This document shows, in pieces, positions 30,831-39,247 of a stretch of 64,000 bases of DNA; position 1 is the first letter of the stretch; every line of letters begins with the position of its first letter. This stretch comes from an uncultured Verrucomicrobiae bacterium (GTDB lineage: Bacteria; Chlamydiota; Chlamydiia; Chlamydiales; Rhabdochlamydiaceae). The stretch spans positions 1,216,001-1,280,000 of the forward strand of contig OY970364.1 in NCBI GenBank assembly GCA_963718565.1, read 5' to 3'. The position numbers and the translations under genes are program-made. The notes below the pieces were generated by a model. It saw nothing but the letters and a program-made list of their open reading frames with translations, made no database searches and was not told the DNA's origin.

Positions 30831-32231
30831 ATGATCGTGGATTCGAAACCAAGCAGTTATCAGGTGATCGCGCGCAAATATCGGCCGCAAACTTTTGCCA
30901 GTATTGTTGGCCAAGAAGCAATTGTCACAACATTGAAAAATGGCCTTCGCTCGCATCATTTGGCGCATGCTTATCTTTTTTGCGGCTGCCGAGGCACGGG
31001 CAAGACGACATTGGCACGTGTGTTCGCTAAAGCCTTGAACTGCAACAATCCTTCTCAAGATTTTGAACCTTGTAATGCCTGTTCTTCTTGCCTGGATATT
31101 AACTCCAGCAGATCCCTCGATGTGCTCGAAATCGACGGCGCTTCTAACCGCGGCATCGATGATATCCGACAGATCAATGAAACCATCGGCTACGCCGCTG
31201 CATCCGGAAAATATAAAATCTACATCATTGACGAAGTTCACATGCTGACAAAAGAGGCTTTCAATGCCCTTTTGAAAACGCTGGAAGAACCTCCTGCCAA
31301 TGTCAAATTTTTCTTCGCTACAACTGAGCCACATAAAGTTCTTCCTACGATTATTAGCCGCTGCCAGCGATTTGATTTGAGCCGCATCCCTTTTGAGGCT
31401 TTGAAGAAAAAATTAGCTTGGATCGCCCAGGATTTAAATGTGCTGTGCGAAGAAGATCTGTTTTCTTTAATTGCTAATCTTTCTGAAGGTTCACTAAGGG
31501 ATGCCGAATCTCTTTTTGATCAAATCATCTGCTATGCTGAGCAACCGATTACTGCAGCTAAAGTCTCAGCTACGCTTGGTCTAATGCCCCGAACAGCCTT
31601 TTTTACATTGGACAAAGCTTTTGAAGAGCAAAATCTCTCTGTTGCATTCGAACTCGCTAATGACATTTTCTCATCCGGTAAAGACCTTTCCCATTTTATC
31701 GATCACTTGATCGAACACTACCGCTGCCTTCTCAAACTCAAACTGAATGAGTCCGTGAACTTTCCCACCGCTAAGCTCAAAGAGCAATATGGTTTTTCTA
31801 CTTCAACTTACACGGAAGAACAGTGCCTTTACATTCTTGATTTCCTGATCCACTGGCAACAACAATTAGTTAAAACTTCCCTTAAGCAAGTCAGTTTGGA
31901 AATGATCCTACTCCATATCATCCGTTCTAAATATCGGATTACCTTACCGCAGCTTATCCGAAGGTTAACTGAATTAGAACAGAAGTCAGTTCAAACATCT
32001 TCGCAACCTCCTTTATTGCTTTCAAAATCTCAATGGGAGACGGTTGCAAGCACCAGTGTTAAAGAAAATTCAAAACCTCAAACCCCTTCCCCTACTCCCG
32101 AAGCCAAGCTTCCGATTCCTCCCATAGAAAGCACTGCTTCAGTTCCAGGTGCTTCGCAAAGTCGTTATGACACATTGATGCGCTTTGCTGCAGTGGAACT
32201 CGAGGGGATCATAAAAAAGGAGCAAAACTAA
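30831..32231 (+). CDS. dnaX: DNA polymerase III subunit gamma/tau
   Basis: ARKYRPQTF, GCRGTGKTT, EIDGASNRG, IIDEVHML, SRCQ. Confidence 0.96.
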   Translation: MIVDSKPSSYQVIARKYRPQTFASIVGQEAIVTTLKNGLRSHHLAHAYLFCGCRGTGKTTLARVFAKALNCNNPSQDFEPCNACSSCLDINSSRSLDVLEIDGASNRGIDDIRQINETIGYAAASGKYKIYIIDEVHMLTKEAFNALLKTLEEPPANVKFFFATTEPHKVLPTIISRCQRFDLSRIPFEALKKKLAWIAQDLNVLCEEDLFSLIANLSEGSLRDAESLFDQIICYAEQPITAAKVSATLGLMPRTAFFTLDKAFEEQNLSVAFELANDIFSSGKDLSHFIDHLIEHYRCLLKLKLNESVNFPTAKLKEQYGFSTSTYTEEQCLYILDFLIHWQQQLVKTSLKQVSLEMILLHIIRSKYRITLPQLIRRLTELEQKSVQTSSQPPLLLSKSQWETVASTSVKENSKPQTPSPTPEAKLPIPPIESTASVPGASQSRYDTLMRFAAVELEGIIKKEQN

Positions 32232-32542
32232 TGGGTAGCGGTTATTCCAAAATGAAAAAGCAAGCTAAGCTCATGGAGCAACAGCTTGAAATGATGCGTG
32301 GTGAAATGAAAAACAAGCAAGCGTCCGGAAGTGCTGGAAACGGGCTTGTCACCGTTGTTGTCAATGGCGAGAAAGAACTTCTTGAAATCAAGATCAAGCC
32401 AGAATGCGTCGATACGAGCGATCTCGAAGGACTCCAAGATCTCATTAAAGCTGCATGCGATGATGCTTATAGTAAGCTCTCCGATAACCCCATGAACAAT
32501 TTCTCTCTTCCTGGAGGAATGAATCTTCCTCTTGGCTTTTAG
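32231..32542 (+). CDS. ybaB: Nucleoid-associated protein YbaB/EbfC
   Basis: GSAGNGLVTVVVNG, DLEGLQDLIKAA; translationally coupled to dnaX. Confidence 0.9.
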   Translation: MGSGYSKMKKQAKLMEQQLEMMRGEMKNKQASGSAGNGLVTVVVNGEKELLEIKIKPECVDTSDLEGLQDLIKAACDDAYSKLSDNPMNNFSLPGGMNLPLGF

Positions 32543-32589
32543 AAGCTGTCTTGAAACATAGTTATTTTGATTAATGAGGCTTCGTGAAT

Positions 32590-34650
32590 TTATCCTGATT
32601 TTTGACAAGTCATTATGCGCCACTGCAAGTCGGATAAAAATTTTGCATTACTTGATAAATGCTTATCTTCAGAAATCTCTTTTCTATGAAAGCGAGTGTT
32701 TTCAGGTTTTTGCGTAAAATACGATTCAAAAGTTTTGAAATCGATCAACTCACCATTTTTTTTCACAAAACTCCAAAAGTTAGCTCCATTTACATAAAAT
32801 TGCTCCTTTTGTAGCTTCTCGTATTTTACTAACAGCTCTTCACGATTTCTTTCTGCGATTTTACAAGGAAGTGCAAATGATTCTCCATCATCTTCCTCTT
32901 TAAAATCGATCAATTCTATTGTAGCGATAATTGGTAAATTGGGAGGTAAATAGGAGTCCTCGCCGTAGCCATATTCTGGGTGAATGTAGAGTTTTTTTAT
33001 TTCACCTCGTTTCATGCCTGTTAGGGCATGGGCAACGCCTGGAATAAACTGCTTGATGTTTTCGTTTTTTACTGTCCCCACATTCGATGTGCTCTCGCCT
33101 AAAACATGAAACGAATAATGCAATGTTGCATATTTAATTTTGGAAGTAGCCGGAGCTGCTTTACCCTGCCGCAAAACTTTAAAATATAATTTATCGTCAA
33201 CTAGTGCGATAATCGCTTTATGGGTGCGGAGCTGATGGAAATATTGTTTTGATTTTTCAAGATTGTCTACCCGCTCTAAATCTTTTTCAGTAACATAAAT
33301 TTCCCATTTCCGCTTGTGCATTTCTTGAGAAAGCTCGGGGCAATAGATACCGCTTTCTTCATCGCATGCTCCTTGCAAAAATGCTTTTGTTAAACATTCA
33401 TGAACATATTTCTCAGTTTTTATCTCTTGATGAATGATGTCTACCAGCCTATTTGCTATTGCTTCCTTATCTTCAGGTAAAGAAAGTGGAAGCGTTGTTG
33501 GTCGAGGTGGCAGATCTAGTTGGCCGGAGGACGTCGTTAATAATTTAAGCAGCGTTTTTTCCAAAAAGTCATTTGCATTAACAGTCTTTATAATCTCCTT
33601 ACGATTCACTTCATACATAGCAAGGAGAGCCTTGCTCTCTTGCGAGCTAGGTTCACAGCCAAAGTGGGGGAGTTTATAGGAATTAAATGGTTTTAACTTC
33701 CGCGATACAGCAACCCGTTTTCTTATTTCCTGATACTCATCAGCTAAACAATTAAAGCCGATAGAAGGGGGATGAAGGGTTTTCGGCGAAGGGAGAAGAT
33801 GCATACGTGTCATTTTGGAGAGAAATGGGAATTCCTCATTTCGATCTGATGCAAAAGCATTGGAAATCAACTCTTCTCTGGAAATGAGAAGAGCATTTTG
33901 CGTCCCATAACCCAATAAAACTCCCAATAGAACATTGTCATTTTTCAGAACATCATAAAATTGATCTTTTGCTTTCATTAGATCTTGTAATAAACTGTCA
34001 GCAGTAAGCGTGGGCCCTAATGCATATCGAAACAATGAAAGGTTTTCATTTACTACCTTTAAAAACGCTTGACGATTGATGCAGATGAGGTGCTGATAGC
34101 CATTTTTTGCGTCGAGGATTAAAAAAAAATAAGCCTTGTCTTCTGAAGATATGTTCAACGCTTGCCAAAACTCTACCCCCTTAAGAATACAAAGGGCTTT
34201 TTCATCGATTCCTGATAGGGCCTCGACTTCTAGAGGATACCCTTCTATGGACATGGGCTTATCGCCATAGAGAACATAACCGCTGAACGAATCCTTGATT
34301 AAAGCATTGAAGAATTCTTTGAGGATGATACTCTGCTCTCCGGACAAAGAATGCACAAATGATTTTATCTCTTTTTTTGAATCCCCCCAGAGAGATGCCG
34401 AAAATAAGAGCAAAACTCCGAAAATATAGAGGGAATTGCAAAACTCCTTGCCAGCAGAAAATCGATGATTTTGGCACCTGTTGCCAGAACCCGCATAGCG
34501 GGTTCGGTTGGCGGCGGCGAAAGCATACTTGGATAAGTAGGAGAGCCGCCGCCAAGGCGATAGGTGCCAACTGCATAGCCAACGCAGCCAAAAAACCAAC
34601 TTTTGAATCACTTCCGGTATAAACGCTTGCATAAATAGGTTCCTACTCAA
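32590..34650 (-). CDS. Exported protein: uncharacterised N-terminal domain plus Mip/FKBP-like domain; MITE inside signal-peptide region
   Basis: FKBP motif FIPGVAHALTGMKRGEIKKLYIHPEYGYG..PPN; paralogue of 60880-62736 (GYVLYGDKPMSI, NLSLFRYALGP, GVLLGYG). Confidence 0.78.
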   Translation of the reverse strand: MSRNLFMQAFIPEVIQKLVFWLRWLCSWHLSPWRRLSYLSKYAFAAANRTRYAGSGNRCQNHRFSAGKEFCNSLYIFGVLLLFSASLWGDSKKEIKSFVHSLSGEQSIILKEFFNALIKDSFSGYVLYGDKPMSIEGYPLEVEALSGIDEKALCILKGVEFWQALNISSEDKAYFFLILDAKNGYQHLICINRQAFLKVVNENLSLFRYALGPTLTADSLLQDLMKAKDQFYDVLKNDNVLLGVLLGYGTQNALLISREELISNAFASDRNEEFPFLSKMTRMHLLPSPKTLHPPSIGFNCLADEYQEIRKRVAVSRKLKPFNSYKLPHFGCEPSSQESKALLAMYEVNRKEIIKTVNANDFLEKTLLKLLTTSSGQLDLPPRPTTLPLSLPEDKEAIANRLVDIIHQEIKTEKYVHECLTKAFLQGACDEESGIYCPELSQEMHKRKWEIYVTEKDLERVDNLEKSKQYFHQLRTHKAIIALVDDKLYFKVLRQGKAAPATSKIKYATLHYSFHVLGESTSNVGTVKNENIKQFIPGVAHALTGMKRGEIKKLYIHPEYGYGEDSYLPPNLPIIATIELIDFKEEDDGESFALPCKIAERNREELLVKYEKLQKEQFYVNGANFWSFVKKNGELIDFKTFESYFTQKPENTRFHRKEISEDKHLSSNAKFLSDLQWRIMTCQKSG
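34429..34617. mobile_element. Chimeric MITE (GAGGG left end, CCGGTATA right end), 189 bp
   Basis: Near-identical to 21445-21580 over ~140 bp; flanked by TATA on both sides. Confidence 0.82.
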
Positions 34651-34657
34651 CTTAATT

Positions 34658-34847
34658 TATACGGCGCGCCGTATATATACTGCGCCCGTTTAGGTTTTGC
34701 GAATTTTGACAGGCTGCGACTTTGCCAAATCGATCCTTCTCGCTCGCCTTGCTATTCAGCAATGGTCTCGCTCGTTCGGCCGCTTCGCTTCGATTTTGCT
34801 TCGTCTCGCAGAGTCGAAATTCGCAAAACCTAAGCGGGCGCAGTATA
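34658..34847. mobile_element. TATACTGCGCCC-ended MITE (34676-34847) plus adjacent 18-bp palindrome
   Basis: TIR tatactgcgcccgtttaggttttgcgaattt / aaattcgcaaaacctaagcgggcgcagtata; palindrome tatacggcgcgccgtata at 34658-34675. Confidence 0.82.
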
Positions 34848-34850
34848 CAA

Positions 34851-35228
34851 TTAATGTGCAAAATTTTCCCCTATAAAATAGGGACACCCATCTTCATTAC
34901 AATACCAAGTTCCCTTTACTCTATAAATACCAATATGGCCATTCGGACATGTAGGATCTCGTGCATCGATATAATACCTTTCGCCATTCCAGTATACCCT
35001 CTCTAGGGAAATCCATTGCGACATGTCATTTTGTATATAGGGCTGATTTTTATAAAAGCAGAGTTTTTCAGGGAGTAAATATGCTTTCCCATCTTCTATC
35101 TTCGAAATGCTGTTACTACACGCATCTAACAATTCGTTTGAGACTTGAACCCGATAAGCGGACTCATGTGCAACCAAAGCAAAGTTCAAAGAAAGGAGCA
35201 CTGTCGTTAGAAACATCAAATATTTCAT
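34851..35228 (-). CDS. Small secreted protein with C-terminal Cys/His cluster
   Basis: Signal peptide MKYLMFLTTVLLSLNFALVA; tail DPTCPNGH...WYCNEDGCPY; RBS gagg upstream. Confidence 0.8.
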   Translation of the reverse strand: MKYLMFLTTVLLSLNFALVAHESAYRVQVSNELLDACSNSISKIEDGKAYLLPEKLCFYKNQPYIQNDMSQWISLERVYWNGERYYIDARDPTCPNGHIGIYRVKGTWYCNEDGCPYFIGENFAH

Positions 35229-35974
35229 AAAAAAACCTCATTGTTGTTGATCTCCAGCCATTTTTCAATTGAGAGTGGTAGAAAGAGTTTTAATCCATTT
35301 ATCTAGTTTTAGCCAATCAAAAGTTCACCAACTTCTTGCTCAAAAACTAGCTTTCCCTCTAAAGTGGCCGAGCTAGGTTTTGACGTCAGTCGTATTGATC
35401 AGAAATGGAAGTTCACATTTATCAAGGCTATCAAAACGGAAAGGGAGTTAAACCAACCAGGTCTGGATTCGTTGATTCCTTCATCGCTTTTAAATTGATT
35501 TGCATTTGCCAGGATTATGAATGTTAGAGCACGGTATGCTGCATACTTTTATGAATCTCTTTTGCGTGCTGATGTAGACTGCGATCGAGATACATGGTTT
35601 TTCCAGTTATTTCCAGAGATAGCTTGTTAAAGTAGTTAAATATTTCGGTAAAAATCGTATCAAATATTTCTTGAGTGATTACTATCCTGTCTCCTTCTTG
35701 GAATTTAACGATGATGCCTTTGGTTGATGAGGGAATTGCAAAACTAACAAAACGGGGTGATTTTCTGGGGGAAATTATTTAGCTAATCAGCTTAATCTCC
35801 CCCAGGAAATCACCCCGTTTTGTCAATCTCGCAATTCGCTCGAAAAATGGCTGCGATTCTGCCTCCATTTACCAATGCAAAAATCCTCATGGCTGATATG
35901 ATATCTTCTTGGAAAACACACCAAATCAGCCAAAGGAACAGCCCAATAGCAAGATCGTTGGCAGCACAGGAAGT

Positions 35975-36210
35975 GGAGTTCGTTGTGAAACCCAAGAAGA
36001 AGGGCCATCCCAAGAAGGGTGAGGAAAAGCCAACGTCGGAGCTCACACGGATAGAAAAACAAAAGAGGATGACATTGGAAGAAATGTTAAATGACCTGCC
36101 CAAAGCGTGTGATAAAGGAGCAAAGAAAGATAGCAAGGGTAATATCATGTATTGGACCGGGTACAAACTGCACTTGGACACCATAGACGGTGGTATCCCT
36201 GTAAGTTGTA
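35975..36210 (+). pseudogene. IS5/IS1182-like DDE transposase fragment
   Basis: KKKGHPKKGE...LPKACDKGAKKDSKG..YWTGYKLHLDTIDGGIPVSC; boundaries approximate. Confidence 0.7.
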
Positions 36211-36310
36211 AATTTTCGAGAGTTTTTTATATAAAATTACAAAGCTGATGCGAAAAGGATGGTTTTTCGGGTCTGAAACAGGTTTTAGCAAATAAGACCC
36301 CGAAAAAATG

Positions 36311-38285
36311 GTACGTCCTTAAAAACTCATGGCAAAAGTTGAAGACCATTTTGATCCATGCCAAACTTACCACTTATCGATCTTGATTGGGCACGGATCG
36401 AAATGGTCTTCAACTTTTGCCAGAGTCTTCAAGGAAGTTAATGTACGTGCTACCAGTCAAGGTGTGGCCGGAGAGGCTGTTTGATAACGCTCATGAACAA
36501 ATTGTGCTAAATCGATCGGATCCCATCGAAACCACCGACTCAAATACTCCCAAAAGCTCACGCCAAGTCTGGCGCATGTCTGCTTGAGCGTCAATAGGCC
36601 GTCTCGAAATTGTCTGCCCTCTACGCTTTTGGTAGTGCCAGAGATATTTCTTCGTTTAGCCACACCTCGGATATCTTGCTCACTGTCATTATTGTGCAGG
36701 GGAAGGCCGGGATGATCAAGCGCTTTTAGCATTTCTTCGCGGTATTTGGAAAATGAAGCAATGACTTCATTAATCCCTGGGCTTGTGCTTTTCATTGCAA
36801 CCAGTTGGTCATATAGTTCATGCACCCCTGCCTTACCAACATGCTTCCAAGCTGCTTCTTTCACTTTTTCATACAGGATCCAAATCGCCTCGCGCACTTT
36901 TGCAAGTTCTTTCTCCGCTTCAGCAGTGGCGCACTTTAATTTACGCAAGGGCCGTTCCATATGCACCCAACATGCTGCGTGGTCAAACACTGCAAATTGT
37001 CCAGCTCGGTCTGACAATAGGATCTGACCTGGCTTTAGGATTGTTTCACTGATAAAACCAACCAATCCCGCTTCAATGCATTGCTGTCGCAGCTGTTTGC
37101 CTTCAACCCTTAAGCTATTCAGCAGTTGGTTAAGCCCCTTCTTTTTTCGGTACTTTTTCCCCATATGTTCTTCAAGCCGGTTGAGCCAATCATCCTTAAC
37201 GCCACATTGGAAGAGATGCCATATGAATGCTTCATTGATCGCATAACCCTCTTTACCTTGGAGTAAAATTCTCAGGAAGTTTTTCCGTGATTTGCTGGAG
37301 GCTGTTGTGTAATAAGCAAAATACTCACCTCCTATATGCGTGCAATATACATTTTTGTGTTGATGCTTTTCACCAGTATCATCTGTTCGGATGTAGGGAG
37401 CTTCTTTAAGCCCAGCGGTTAAGATTTTTTCGCTCTCTTGGTGGTATGCGTCGGATTCATTGATGAGAATGTTGTGAACTTGCCCTTCAGAAATTTCGAT
37501 TCCAGTTCCTCTTAGAAGGTCAAAAAGCCCCGGTTCTGTCATCCCAAGAGCGTAGAGATTGTGAGCAAGAGCGCGCAATTGATGACCAAAGTGGGATCCT
37601 TGAACTTCTGGAGGCAGAGATGCACGCACTATACTACCATCGGGAGATTGCCAGACCTCGAGCTTATAGGTTATGTCCTTAGGCACAGTCTCTAGTTCTT
37701 GAACGACATAGGTCTGGTAGCCCTTAAAGCGAGATCCTTTTGGGATTCCTGTGGCTACAATGCGCACTTCCTGTTGTACTTTCTGTGGAACCATTCCTCT
37801 TGCAGTAGTCGAGTTGATCCTACCAGTATTATTACCAGGAGCTCCGCTCCTCGCCTTGGGGTTTCCTCCTCCTGGCCTGAATTTAGGTCTTTTAGGCGTT
37901 TTTGTTAGACGTGTGATTTCATCTTTGAGTTCTTGCACTGTCTTCTTCAAAGAGACTATTTCCTCGCTCTGCTCCTGAACAAGGACGACGATTGTCTGAA
38001 GCCAAGGAACAGCGTGCAGTTCTGAAGGGATCTTAGAAAGGCATTTGTTTGAGTTCATGCCAGAGCAGTCTAAATATAGGGCGCTCTGTTATCAAGCGAA
38101 AGTTTTATTAATGGGTCTGGGCGTTTTGTTCTGACTTTACAAGCCGCTCAATTCATACCTCCTCGGAGACCTGTGGCAAGCACTGAATGTCATTTGGATC
38201 CATGCCTGATTGAGATCGATAAATGCAAAGCCTGGCATGGATCCAAATGACATTCAGTGCTTGCCACAGGTTTTTGAGGACGTAC
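36311..38285. mobile_element. IS66-family element (single-ORF, ISBst12-like), 1975 bp
   Basis: Ends GTACGTCCT...AGGACGTAC; 8-bp TSD AAAAAATG (36303-36310, 38286-38293). Confidence 0.88.
36457..38058 (-). CDS. IS66-family transposase
   Basis: N-terminal coiled coil, IRTDDTG, LSDRAGQF, HAACWVH, PLHNNDSEQDIR. Confidence 0.88.
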   Translation of the reverse strand: MNSNKCLSKIPSELHAVPWLQTIVVLVQEQSEEIVSLKKTVQELKDEITRLTKTPKRPKFRPGGGNPKARSGAPGNNTGRINSTTARGMVPQKVQQEVRIVATGIPKGSRFKGYQTYVVQELETVPKDITYKLEVWQSPDGSIVRASLPPEVQGSHFGHQLRALAHNLYALGMTEPGLFDLLRGTGIEISEGQVHNILINESDAYHQESEKILTAGLKEAPYIRTDDTGEKHQHKNVYCTHIGGEYFAYYTTASSKSRKNFLRILLQGKEGYAINEAFIWHLFQCGVKDDWLNRLEEHMGKKYRKKKGLNQLLNSLRVEGKQLRQQCIEAGLVGFISETILKPGQILLSDRAGQFAVFDHAACWVHMERPLRKLKCATAEAEKELAKVREAIWILYEKVKEAAWKHVGKAGVHELYDQLVAMKSTSPGINEVIASFSKYREEMLKALDHPGLPLHNNDSEQDIRGVAKRRNISGTTKSVEGRQFRDGLLTLKQTCARLGVSFWEYLSRWFRWDPIDLAQFVHERYQTASPATP

Positions 38286-38444
38286 AAAAAATGTCCTTTT
38301 CGCGTTAGTTTTGCAATTCCCTCTATCGTTTCGGACTTTATTTACATGTTCGGTATAAAACGCATCTTACTTATAATTAAGTAATTGCGAATTTAATTAA
38401 GTCAAACAACAATTAACAACAACAATCAAGCCCTGTACAAGCCC

Positions 38445-38473
38445 TTGACATTTTTAAAAATTCTTATTACAAT
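38445..38473 (+). promoter_or_regulatory. Sigma66/70 promoter TTGACA-N17-TACAAT
   Basis: Near-consensus boxes with 17-nt spacer; RBS AAGGAG before ATG 38509. Confidence 0.75.
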
Positions 38474-38508
38474 CTTTAATAGGAGAACTGTAAATAAAGG
38501 AGTTTTTT

Positions 38509-39196
38509 ATGAATACACCGCCGATTGACCCAACTGCCCCAACTTCTGGAGCCCCAGCAGGCGAAGACCCTTCCCAACAAGCACAAAATGACCTCGATCA
38601 AATCCAACAGATCAATCAACAGATCGAGCAAGCTTTGGCCGACGGAGCAAGTCCAGCAACTATCGAAGCTTTAGTTAAAAAGTTGCAAAAACCGATGAAT
38701 GATCTGGGAAACCTTGCTCCTCAATTGCCGCCAAGTGAACGCCAAATGATTAATAACGCTTACGAACAGTATCAATCTTTTTCGCAAGAAATAGAATTGA
38801 CCACTCCTTCTGCGATTGCGTTATTTCAAGGCGCTTGTGACACTGTCTCTCAATTAATCTCTGCGCCTTCAGGAGCAAATATCAATGCACAGGCGCTTTA
38901 TGGATCAAAATCAACTCTCTGAGCTTGCCAATGCTTTGAAATTGCAAATGCAGGCCCATGGTGGATCTGGGAACAAAGCTTGTGAGGACATCCTCACTGC
39001 TATGCAAGGTCCTCTTAATGACCTTCAGAAACAGTCAAATTCAGGAAAGTTGACTCCTGATCAAGCGGCATTCGTGAACGAGATCACGCTATTTTATCAA
39101 GACAATTTCCAAAAATATCAAACCATAACTCCCACTACCGTTGGTCAATTTCAACACCTTCTTGATGGCTTGAATGCTTTGTTGATTGAAGAATAA
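38509..39196 (+). pseudogene. Gln/Pro-rich helical protein with internal duplication, split by a 1-nt frameshift
   Basis: ORFs 38509-38922 and 38885-39196 join if one T of GCGCTTTATG (~38897) is removed. Confidence 0.6.
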
Positions 39197-39247
39197 ATCT
39201 TCGAAGAACTCCTCCTTAGAAAAAGGGGTTAGACTGGACGCAATATA

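Larger units (their letters stand above)
35729..38323. mobile_element. IS5/IS1182-like shell (GAGGGAATTGCAAAAC TIR) with transposase fragment and nested IS66
   Basis: TIRs at 35729 and 38323; arms match 28133-28438. Confidence 0.8.

Noticed and set aside
30831..32231. Programmed frameshift in dnaX
   Set aside because: No AAAAAAG-plus-hairpin site was evident at the expected position; the ORF is continuous.
35280..35728. Possible gene remnant on the minus strand cut by the 35729 element
   Set aside because: Stop-interrupted frames (GIIVKFQEGDRIVITQEIF...) with no family I can recognise.
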